Positions 31,281 through 40,400 of a stretch of DNA of 64,000 bases are shown here, in pieces. The notes beneath the pieces are model-generated. The model was not told where the DNA came from. It saw only the letters and a list, made by a program, of their open reading frames with translations, and did not search any database. This DNA comes from Methanobacteriota archaeon (GTDB lineage: Archaea > Thermoplasmatota > E2 > DHVEG-1). Every line of letters begins with the position of its first letter. Position 1 is the stretch's first letter. The stretch covers positions 13,234-77,233 of the forward strand of contig CAVYNH010000001.1 of NCBI GenBank assembly GCA_963769885.1, given 5' to 3'. The position numbers and the translations under genes were made by a program.

Positions 31281-31381
31281 GGCGGATATTTGCCCGCGTT
31301 CTTTTATTTTCTGAAAACATTTAAATAAATCCATGGGATAGCTCTTCTTTGCTGTTTTGGAAAGAAGGAGGAATAGAGAAT

Positions 31382-31867
31382 ATGAGGGAAAAAATAATTG
31401 GAATATTTGCAATAGTTCTGTTGATAGCACCTGTAATGCCAGTTTCAGGGGCATCCGAAAAAAATAGTAGTATTTCACCAGTCCCTTCTAATAGTGTTAT
31501 TAAAAATGGAAATAGAGATTTAGTTTTTAATGGTGTTATTAAAAATTGTGAATTAGATATAACCTTTGACAGATGGGTTTTAAATTTGCCTATCGGAATA
31601 CCTAACAAAATATTTGCGGTTTTATTTTATTTTTATGCTCAGGATGCTGGTACAACCGCGGAACCTTCGAATACGCATTTAAAAATCACAGGTGGAACTA
31701 AAGTATCTGGTGACGGTGATATACCTATTGATGTCACCTGTTCCTGGTGTACATTTGCTTTGTATGGATTCTTTGGAACGAGTTCTGTCACCCCCCTAAT
31801 TTCCCTTGGTGGTGAAATTAAGGGTGTTGCAAAGAGAGCAAGATTTGACTGTGGTTATCCAACATAA
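31382..31867 (+). CDS. Small secreted protein
   Basis: AGGAGG RBS; signal peptide MREKIIGIFAIVLLIAPVMPVSGA. Confidence 0.8.
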   Translation: MREKIIGIFAIVLLIAPVMPVSGASEKNSSISPVPSNSVIKNGNRDLVFNGVIKNCELDITFDRWVLNLPIGIPNKIFAVLFYFYAQDAGTTAEPSNTHLKITGGTKVSGDGDIPIDVTCSWCTFALYGFFGTSSVTPLISLGGEIKGVAKRARFDCGYPT

Positions 31868-31889
31868 AAATAATGTCAATTAATGTCTT

Positions 31890-32496
31890 CTAAGCGAGAA
31901 ATCCCCATGCTTTAGCGTGGGGATGAATCGCGTCATTTTTCTTCAAAAATTCGTTACCACGTACTGGGTGGACGCGCCCGCAGTCGCGGGCGCTCTGAAG
32001 CACCTGCCCAGGACATCTTGTATGGAACTTATTAGCAGTAGCCATAGCGTAGGCCAGAATATATACCATTTGGAATGGTGCCCGAAATACCGCTACCACA
32101 TGATGCGACGGGAGGAAATCCAAAAACTAATCGAGAATGTGGTGCGTGATGTAGCAGCACGGCATCACATCACCGTCATCGAACTCAGTGTGATGCCGGA
32201 CCACATCCACCTGGTTGCCGGCCTCCCGGCGACCATGAGCGTCTCCTCCGCCCTCCACCTCCTCAAAGGAGCCTCCTCCCATGAGATCTTCCTACGGATT
32301 CCCGCCTTCCGAATGCGGTACCCCCGGGGAGCCTTCTGGAGCCCCGGGAAATTCTTCCGCACCATTGGCGACGCCAATACAGAAACCGTGATCAACTACG
32401 TCAGAAACCATCGATTCCAACAAGCCACCCTTGACGGGTTTCCGGGGACAGCCTAACCCCCGGAAGCCCCGGCATTTATGCCGGGGAGGATGTCAC
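31890..32496 (+). mobile_element. IS200/IS605-family element, tnpA only
   Basis: Subterminal hairpins ATCCCCATGC-TTTA-GCGTGGGGAT (left) and CCCCGGCAT-TT-ATGCCGGGG followed by AGGATGTCAC (right); exact ends approximate. Confidence 0.85.
32022..32456 (+). CDS. tnpA: Y1 HUH transposase TnpA
   Basis: YHLEWCPKYR, DHIHL (HUH), LKGASS, FWSPG, VINYV. Confidence 0.95.
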   Translation: MELISSSHSVGQNIYHLEWCPKYRYHMMRREEIQKLIENVVRDVAARHHITVIELSVMPDHIHLVAGLPATMSVSSALHLLKGASSHEIFLRIPAFRMRYPRGAFWSPGKFFRTIGDANTETVINYVRNHRFQQATLDGFPGTA

Positions 32497-32557
32497 ATTC
32501 AATTTTTTTTTTATCATCGATTAGCATAAAACATGAGTCAAAACCGTGTCACTGCTT

Positions 32558-32704
32558 CTAAGGAACCTTTCTTATTCGTAGTTCACCAGCACCGATGGGT
32601 TCAATGCTCAACCGGTCTCCTGCTTTGAGGTTGTAGAGATCACAGACTCGCTTCGGCAGGGTGAGAATCATACTGTCGTTGATCTCACGAATTGTTCGTT
32701 CCAT
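32558..32704 (-). CDS. AbrB/MazE/SpoVT-type DNA-binding protein
   Basis: SMILTLPKRVCDLYNLKAGDRLSIE; start uncertain. Confidence 0.75.
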   Translation of the reverse strand: MERTIREINDSMILTLPKRVCDLYNLKAGDRLSIEPIGAGELRIRKVP

Positions 32705-32868
32705 ACGGAAAACGATATAGTTTTTTAATGTTAAATCGTTTGGGATTTCCATACGAATCAGGATTCGAAGGCACTGGTTTTTTTGGTACCGGTCTACAGA
32801 TTCAGATAAGCATATTCTACCGGTATTTCAGTATTCGAATCCCGATGTGGGCGTGTAAACGTGCAATA

Positions 32869-33018
32869 AGAAAAAAGAAAAGAAAGAGAGAGTCGGATTC
32901 AACCGTCATTAAAACCGATAGGCCTAAAAACCGCGTTCTGTCCCCGAGAATAACTCCTAGTGACCAGATGCAAGTCGCATCAGGCCCATTAACGTCTACA
33001 GGAGAAAAGTCGGGCGAC
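32869..33018. repeat. Distal att-like site (attR) with tRNA-Pro 3' core
   Basis: Near-identical to 31094-31240. Confidence 0.85.
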
Positions 33019-33265
33019 GATGTTGGTGTCAGGGCGAGGCTCTTGGTCTGACTTCTTCGTTAAAATAGGGGATTCTGCAGATATGTTTTTAAAGAAGTAA
33101 AACCAGGTTCTGAATCCCTTCTGTCATGTATTTTTATCTTTTACAGACATTTATATCAAGCTACAGGATAACAAATGGCAAGGAGGAACAGGTTCTTATA
33201 CAGAATAGCTGGTTAAAGTAAATCCTGTTTTGGTAATTTTAGAAAATAGAAGGAGGAAAAAAGAA

Positions 33266-34453
33266 ATGAAAACGAAAATCATAGGAATATGTGTAGGTAT
33301 GCTGATGTTCGCCACTGTTCTTTCAGTGGCAGCGCCGATAAATAAAAATGTCACGGAAGTTACACCCGTTACGTCTCCGTTCGCTGGAAACACAGGAGCT
33401 CCTTCGGTGTCACCGCTTTCTCAGATAAGTACGTTACTTGGGAAAACTGTGTACGGATCCAAGGTATACCCTCCTTATCCATGTAAGGAGCTTGTTTCGT
33501 TCACCTTGGATAACCCTGGCACCATCAACAATATTACTAATGCGACCTCGAAATATTTCCTTTCTGGTGGCTGTTGGGCGAATGGCGTCTGGTGGGGCTG
33601 CGAATATTCAGGGTGGTCAGATAATAACTCTAAGATATGGAAGATCAACCCCACAACTGGGAAAATGACTCTAGTCGGTCCCTCTAATACCCACGATGAT
33701 GAGAGTCTGCAAGGGCTAGCGTATGATGACACAACTGGCACCATGTATGCTTGTAGTCCCATTAACCTCTATACTATCGATATGCTCACAGGTAACGCAA
33801 CACGGGTGGGTTCCTATCTGGGACATGTTATGATAGGTATTGCATGTGATTCCAAAGGGAACCTGTATGGGGAAGAAGTAGGGAACCCGGGGTCTCTCTA
33901 TGCTATCAACAAAACGACTGCACATATCAGTTTAATTGGTCATTTCGGCTTCTATCTCAACCATTGTCAAGATATGGCATTTGATAAAGATAATGATAAA
34001 TTATACCTCGCAGCTTTAACTCAGAATGGAACAGAAAATGAAGGTGCGTTGTACTACTGTGATCAAAACACGGCAGCATGCACAAAGATCGGTATTTTTG
34101 GAACCAACCTCACTGAGATTGACGGGTTTGCTATACCCTATACATCTGATGTTGAAATAAATGGATTGAAAGGTGGAATCGGCGTACACGCGACCATAAA
34201 GAATACTGGTACGGTCAATCTCAGTAGCGTGAAATGGAGTATTGTCTTAGAAAAAGGTCTCATCATTCTGGGCAAGAAAAGTAACGGGACAATACCCTCC
34301 CTCTCTGTTGGTCAATCCGTAGATATCAAAACAGGCTTAATCCTTGGATTCGGAATGCCGAGGGTTATGATTAAGGTCGAAACTCCTGATCATTTTATAG
34401 AGAAAACTGCGAAAGCGACGGTATTGTCATTCTTCGTCCTTGGGGTAAAGTAA
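33266..34453 (+). CDS. Secreted beta-propeller-like protein with shared C-terminal domain
   Basis: AGGAGG RBS, signal peptide, repeated blades (LAYD..G.MY, LY.ID..TG, MAFD..LY). Confidence 0.8.
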   Translation: MKTKIIGICVGMLMFATVLSVAAPINKNVTEVTPVTSPFAGNTGAPSVSPLSQISTLLGKTVYGSKVYPPYPCKELVSFTLDNPGTINNITNATSKYFLSGGCWANGVWWGCEYSGWSDNNSKIWKINPTTGKMTLVGPSNTHDDESLQGLAYDDTTGTMYACSPINLYTIDMLTGNATRVGSYLGHVMIGIACDSKGNLYGEEVGNPGSLYAINKTTAHISLIGHFGFYLNHCQDMAFDKDNDKLYLAALTQNGTENEGALYYCDQNTAACTKIGIFGTNLTEIDGFAIPYTSDVEINGLKGGIGVHATIKNTGTVNLSSVKWSIVLEKGLIILGKKSNGTIPSLSVGQSVDIKTGLILGFGMPRVMIKVETPDHFIEKTAKATVLSFFVLGVK

Positions 34454-34738
34454 CCCTCCTCTTTTTTTCTTTTTTTTCTTTTGTCTTTGATTCGCACAAA
34501 AACCCATGTGTTTTAAACCTGTCACTGCGTGACCGCTCATAGGAGATGAAGTAATATGTCTTTGTTTTCTGCGTGCGTCCAGGCGTGCTGAGCGCGGTTT
34601 TTTTTACGCAAACAGCGCGTCGTCGGGTTGCTTCCGTAGGCGGTGCGTCGGTTTCCTCTGGGCCATGGTTTTATTTTTATCGTGAATTTTACTCCTCTTT
34701 CATGGTAACTGTTATATAATAGAAGAGGTGTACCGAGT

Positions 34739-35059
34739 ATGGGGGCCTACGGCCTCTTTATTGCGGGGGAAAAGAATATTTTCAACAATCGGCGGTCAGA
34801 AATCGATATTATGCAGGAGATTTTGACGCTGACGCAGAACAGTGCCCGAAAGACGCAGATCCTTTACCAGGTGAACCTGAGCTACACACTACTGAAGAAT
34901 TATCTCATGTTCCTTATAAGCAATGACTTCATCCGTGAGGTGACGGTCGATAACGATCATAATCCCTATTCGGCCTACCAGCTAACTGAAAAGGGTCATC
35001 TTTTTATGAAGGATATTAAAAAAGTGCAGTCTCATTTGAACGGAAAATTTTTTTGGTAA
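34739..35059 (+). CDS. Archaeal winged-helix transcription regulator
   Basis: RRSEIDIMQEIL..ARKTQILYQVNLSY..YL..YQLTEKG. Confidence 0.88.
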   Translation: MGAYGLFIAGEKNIFNNRRSEIDIMQEILTLTQNSARKTQILYQVNLSYTLLKNYLMFLISNDFIREVTVDNDHNPYSAYQLTEKGHLFMKDIKKVQSHLNGKFFW

Positions 35060-35099
35060 CTTTTTTCTCACACCCGCAAAAACAACGGGAGAGATAGAA

Positions 35100-35117
35100 C
35101 ATTGTTCTAGAACAATG
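35100..35117. promoter_or_regulatory. Perfect 18-bp palindrome, candidate operator
   Basis: CATTGTTCTAGAACAATG between the regulator and the first TasA-like gene. Confidence 0.5.
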
Positions 35118-35285
35118 CTTCTGCTCTTCTTATAACCCCGAGGGTATTTATTTTTTGTAGGCGAATGATAGCAGGAACGTGGTGTTCCGTTTTCGTTCGT
35201 ATATCTGGGGGAGACACTCGGCTTTGCACTCCGCCTTGCATAAGAAATCAAAGCAGAAGTAACTGAAAAGGAGGAAAAGGTAACC

Positions 35286-36485
35286 TTGAAAAAGAACAAG
35301 ATCGGCGTAATGTTTCTAGTGTCAGTCCTAGCGCTATCTGGGATCGGGATCTCTTATGCGGCATTCACAGACACCATCACCGTCCACGGTACAGTCCAGT
35401 GCGCATCCGTGCAATTCAACATACAAGACTTTTCGGGCACCTGGGTCTACAAGGTCTACGGCGGGACAAGCCCACCGCAGCATGAGATCTATGTGGACTA
35501 TGAGCACCTGACTTCGGCGGAGCTTGCCACGATGTTTCCGGGCAGTACGATAGTGTTGGTGTCGTCAGCGACCGGAGCCGCCGGGCCGAGCCCCTACGAT
35601 GCGACGTTCACCTTCGACAAGCTGTTCCCCTGCATCCAATTCAAAGCAGATGTGAAAACGACGATTGGGACGATTCCGGTGAAGATCCAGGCCATCACCC
35701 TGACGCCGCTCAACGGCGCTGAATGGATACGGCCGTTGATCAGCAACAACGAGATTAGGGTAGAGCTGAAGATGTTGCGGAATGGCCAGTGGAGTACAGT
35801 CGGCGTCGGCGCGCAGGTACACCCAACCGATATCATCGAGATCATCGTATGGGTGCATATCCCCCAGAACAACGCGTACCAGGGGTTAACGGGCTCGCTG
35901 CAGGTCACCGTCAGCGTCCAGCAGTGGAACGACCTGTGCGGTCAGACCACCGGACCAAAAGAGTTGAATCTCCCGACGGGGACAATAAACGCAGTCTACT
36001 ACCATTACGGACCCTCTAGCTACTGGCAGACGGTCCTCAGCAACGTCGGGACCGGGTATACCGTCCATGATGGGTCCTACATCGGCTGGTGCAACGACGA
36101 AGACACGTACATCGTCCCAGGCAACTTGTACAACGTAAGGCTGTTTTCAAGCTATGACCAATCGTTCTTCTTGGCTCATCCCAACTGGAACGGGAATTAT
36201 TGGTATAGCTGGCCATGCGTCAACTACCTCATAAACCACAAGATACCAGTGACGAGTCAGCTGCAGAAGGATCAGATCCAGTTCGCGATCTGGTATTTCA
36301 TCGACCACGGCTACACCGGCACTGATCCTATCGTCTGGGGCATGATCAACGCTGCGCTCGCCAACGGGAAGTACTTCGTCCCGCAGACCGGTCAAAATAT
36401 GGCCGTGCTCGTCGTTGGATATCCCTTCGATGGAGTGCAGCATGGATACGTAGTTCAGCACACCTTCATCGAAGTCGACCCATAA
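35286..36485 (+). CDS. SipW-class signal peptide TasA/CalY-like protein with a putative C-terminal thioester domain
   Basis: GISYA/AFTDT; N-terminal half paralogous to 36612-37283; C-terminal GWC(269)ND, IQ(332)FAIW, VQ(391)HTFIE. Confidence 0.75.
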   Translation: MKKNKIGVMFLVSVLALSGIGISYAAFTDTITVHGTVQCASVQFNIQDFSGTWVYKVYGGTSPPQHEIYVDYEHLTSAELATMFPGSTIVLVSSATGAAGPSPYDATFTFDKLFPCIQFKADVKTTIGTIPVKIQAITLTPLNGAEWIRPLISNNEIRVELKMLRNGQWSTVGVGAQVHPTDIIEIIVWVHIPQNNAYQGLTGSLQVTVSVQQWNDLCGQTTGPKELNLPTGTINAVYYHYGPSSYWQTVLSNVGTGYTVHDGSYIGWCNDEDTYIVPGNLYNVRLFSSYDQSFFLAHPNWNGNYWYSWPCVNYLINHKIPVTSQLQKDQIQFAIWYFIDHGYTGTDPIVWGMINAALANGKYFVPQTGQNMAVLVVGYPFDGVQHGYVVQHTFIEVDP

Positions 36486-36611
36486 ATAAATAAGAATACC
36501 TGAGTCCGGGGGTCCCGGACTTGGCAGTTCAAACGGCGGAGACGCTCAGCCTTGAACTCCGCCTGAAAAAAGAAATCAGGGCAGAGAAACCATAAAGGAG
36601 GAAAAAAAGAC

Positions 36612-37283
36612 ATGAAAAACAAACTCGGCGTGATATTCGCCGTATCTGTAATGGCGCTAGCTGGTATCGGCATTAGCTACGCAGGGTTCACGGACACCAT
36701 AACCGTGCATGGAAGCGTAACGACCGCGACTGTGACCCATACTATTGGTTCCACCTTCTCTGGGACATGGGTCTACAAAGTCTATGGAACGGGAGCACCC
36801 ACCCATGAAATCTACGTTGACCACACAGGCCTTGGGATAACAGAAGTTCAGCGACTTTATCCTACTGCCATTGTTCTAGGCCCGATTGCGAGTGCGACAG
36901 CCGCACCCGGGACAGGCTATGATGTTGAACTCACATGGACCAACATCTTCCCCTGCATCGACTTCTGCTGTGACTTCGACTTCACGTACACCGGAACCAT
37001 ACCCGTGAAAGTAAACAGCATGACGATGACCTATGACCCTAACCCCGGTGGAACGCCATCTGGCTGGATCGATCAGTACCTGACCTATACATTAACTACG
37101 GGTACTGGCACAACACCGGTTCCGATAGGTCTTGGCTCCCAGCTCCATCCTGGTGATGTAGTGCACTGTGTATTCTGCATCCACTTGCCGCAACTCGACA
37201 GTTTGCAGGGCAAGTGCGCCGTTGGACATGCATCACTGCAACTAGTCCAGTGGAACGAGTTCCCATACACGCCAATACCATAA
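36612..37283 (+). CDS. SipW-class signal peptide TasA/CalY-like filament subunit
   Basis: GISYA/GFTDT cleavage motif, NIFPC, YTGTIPVKV, QLHPGD, LVQWN. Confidence 0.78.
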   Translation: MKNKLGVIFAVSVMALAGIGISYAGFTDTITVHGSVTTATVTHTIGSTFSGTWVYKVYGTGAPTHEIYVDHTGLGITEVQRLYPTAIVLGPIASATAAPGTGYDVELTWTNIFPCIDFCCDFDFTYTGTIPVKVNSMTMTYDPNPGGTPSGWIDQYLTYTLTTGTGTTPVPIGLGSQLHPGDVVHCVFCIHLPQLDSLQGKCAVGHASLQLVQWNEFPYTPIP

Positions 37284-37474
37284 ATAAGTGATAGAACCGA
37301 CCACAAACCCCTAACCACATGAGCTGGATTGGGAGAAACCAACCCCCCAATTCATCTCTCATTTCTTTTTTTATATTCAACTATTTCAAGACCGCGTTTC
37401 ATGGCGTTCTTCCATAATGCCATATTTCATACCAACAGTTATAAGCATTTATATAAAACATATAAGATAACGAG

Positions 37475-40400
37475 ATGGAAGGAGTCATAGTGAGACGATG
37501 GACTAACAAGGGAAGTGGTACACAGAAAACGACATCCAGCCTTCTGCATACCATCCCGGTCATCCTCCTCCTTCTCAGTACCACCGCGGCTCCTGCGATA
37601 GCCGGACCTTCCCACACGACCGGCTCAGGCGCATCGCTGAGCTACACCTTCTCCTTCAGGACCCCGACCCTCACCGAAATCCAGCTCGACAACCGGACGT
37701 TCACCAAAATCGAGATGGACGAATGCCTCGCCTCATCGCAGCCCGGCCTCCCGGCGCTGCCGGTCTTCCCCGCCCACCTGCTCCTCCCCCCGGGAGCAAC
37801 CGTCACGAGCATCCATACCCCAACACAGGGCACCATCGACCTTCACCTGGACACCCCGGTCCTCCCAGCGCAAGAACTCGTCCACCCCGGTACAGACGAG
37901 ATCCCCGCCTTCGTCATGAACACGAGCGCCTACGCCTCACCAACCCCGGTATCCGACACCATCTATGAAAACCAGGGAATCGGCTACTGCCGCGGATACA
38001 CCATCCTCACCCTCACCATTCATCCCGTCCGGTACATCCCGAAAACCGGCTCCTTATCCTACTACCCAGAACTCACCCTCACCATAGACCTCCAGCAGCC
38101 CGACGCTACACGGCTCGGGAAAGCCACCACGTTCCTCCGAGACAACACGGCAGACCAAGCAGCGATCCGCGGCCTGGTCGACAACCCCTCACTCCTGACA
38201 GCCTACAACCCGACCATCGACGCCCCCCTCGGGGATGACCCGCTACGGACCGACGGCCTGTGCAGCGCCTCCGGACACTACCCCTACGTCATCATCACCA
38301 GCAACAGCCTCAAGAGCACGACCGGCTACCCCTACAACTGGACCAGCCTCATCACCCACCGCGAGACCCACGACGGCCTCAACGGCACCATCGTCACCGT
38401 CCAAGACATCGACGCCTGCCACGCCTACTGGAACACCACCGCACTCTACAACGACAGCCAAGCCCACATCAGGGAATTCTGCAAAGACGCCTACCAGAAC
38501 TGGGAGACCGACTACATCCTCCTCGGCGGCGACTGGGACAGCGCCCCCAGCGACCAGATCGTCCCCTACCGACTCTTCACCGACCGCTATCTCCCTGGTG
38601 ACCTCTATCAAACCATGGCCTGCGACATGTACTACAGCCACCTCGACGGTACCTGGTGGGACGCCACAGACAACGTCTGGGGCGGCAGCGCAGGAAGCGG
38701 CGCCAACAACCTCTACGCAGAACTGTACATCGGCCGCATCGCCGCCTACAACGCCTCCATGGTCTCCAACGCGGTCCAAAAGATCATCTGGTATGATCTG
38801 AGCGCCTCCGGCGACTGGCTCCATCAAGCAGTCTTCGCCGGCGGCAACCTCGGCTGGAGCGCCACCTCCAAACAATACATGGAGGAACTCAGGCTCGGCA
38901 CCGACACCTACCGCACCTTCACGGGCTTCCAAGAATGGAACACCGCCCACCCAGCCTCCACCATTGACTTCGAAACATACTATCATGCCGACCTCGGAAG
39001 TAACTACCCAGAGTATTTCTCAGACTCCATCGAGGACGACAACGCCTCGATCATCAACCACCTTGACCACAGCGACTGGAACAGCCCCTTCGGCCTCACC
39101 TGGTGGTCCGACCGCATCAACGCCAAACCCTTCTTCGGCTACTCCCAAGGATGCCTCGCCGGCCGCTTCCACGAAGGCTACGCCGGCTCCGAACAACTGC
39201 AGTGCCGCTTCGCCGGACGCAACGCCTTCGCCCTCATCCTCAACACCGGCTACGGCTACGGTAGCTACTACGACACGGACGGCGCAAGCCAAGCCCTCGA
39301 GTGCTACTTCTGGGACTACTTCTTCAACAACCAATCCGCTCACACCGAAAACTGGCAGCTCGGCAGAGCCCAGGCCTACTCCGAGGACAAGATGAGCACG
39401 TACATCGACAGCTACAGCCACGCCTGGTGTTACGCCTGGTACAGTAGCCACCTCTTCGGCGACCCAGCTCAGACCCTCCGGCTCTCAGACACGCCACAAG
39501 AAAACATCCACCTCGCCAGCGAATCCCCGACCAATGGATCCACCACAGTCCCGATTACAACAACATCGCTCAGCGTCCAGATCACGCATGCACTCGGACA
39601 CACGTTCAACTATACAATTCAGACAAGCCCCAACATCGGAAGCGCCTCAGGAACAGGCGTCCACAACGGGACCAAATCCTGCACGATCACTGGCCTGAGT
39701 TACGCAACAACCTACCAATGGACCGTCAGGGTCACTGACGGAGAATCATGGGTGAACGAGACGTACACCTTTACCACCCAGAACGCGCCAATCAATCATC
39801 CCCCCACGTTGACTAGCCCCAGTCCTACCAATGGCGCGACCGGCGTCTCGATCAGCACCTCGTCCCTGAGCATCACCATCCAAGACCAGGATGGAGACCA
39901 TTTCAACTGGACCATCACGACAGCACCCAACATCGGCAGCAGCGCGGGAACCTCATCGACGAATGGAACCAAGACATGCGCAGTATCAGGCCTGGCCTAC
40001 TCAACCGCGTACACCTGGACCGTGCGGGCGAACGATGGGCATCAATGGACGAACACCTCGTACACCTTCACCACGCAAAGCGCGCCAGTCAACAACCCGC
40101 CAGCCCTATCCAACCCCAGCCCAGGGAACGGCTCCACAAGCATCCCGATTAGCACCACCTCGCTGAGCATCACGATCGGAGACCCTGAAGGGGATCCATT
40201 CAATTGGACCATCACCACGACACCAAATATCGGGAGCGGCTCAGGAACCCTTGCAGGCAACGAGAGCAAGTCTTGCAGCGTCTCCGGCTTGGCTTATTCA
40301 ACCCTCTATACATGGACCGCGAGAGCCTATGACGGGCATCACTGGACGAACGCAACCTACACCTTCACGACACAGAGCGCACCGATCAACAACCCCCCCA

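Larger units (their letters stand above)
29125..32989. mobile_element. Tandem tRNA-Pro-integrated mini-islands (two cassettes of ~2.07 and ~1.78 kb) with no integrase
   Basis: TCGCATCAGGCCCAT at 29125, 31197 and 32975 with conserved flanking arms; lower GC than the backbone. Confidence 0.8.

Noticed and set aside
31091-31324. Apparent paralogous ORFs 31091-31324, 32692-33051 and 29041-29267
   Set aside because: Their similarity is just translation of the repeated att arms and tRNA end; there is no consistent start or frame.
32456-32560. TnpB or omega-RNA associated with the IS200 element
   Set aside because: The right-end hairpin follows the tnpA stop within ~10 bp, leaving no room.
34454-34738. 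A fourth att site closing a third cassette
   Set aside because: No tRNA core or arm sequence found; only a weak TGTCACTGC match to ~32548.
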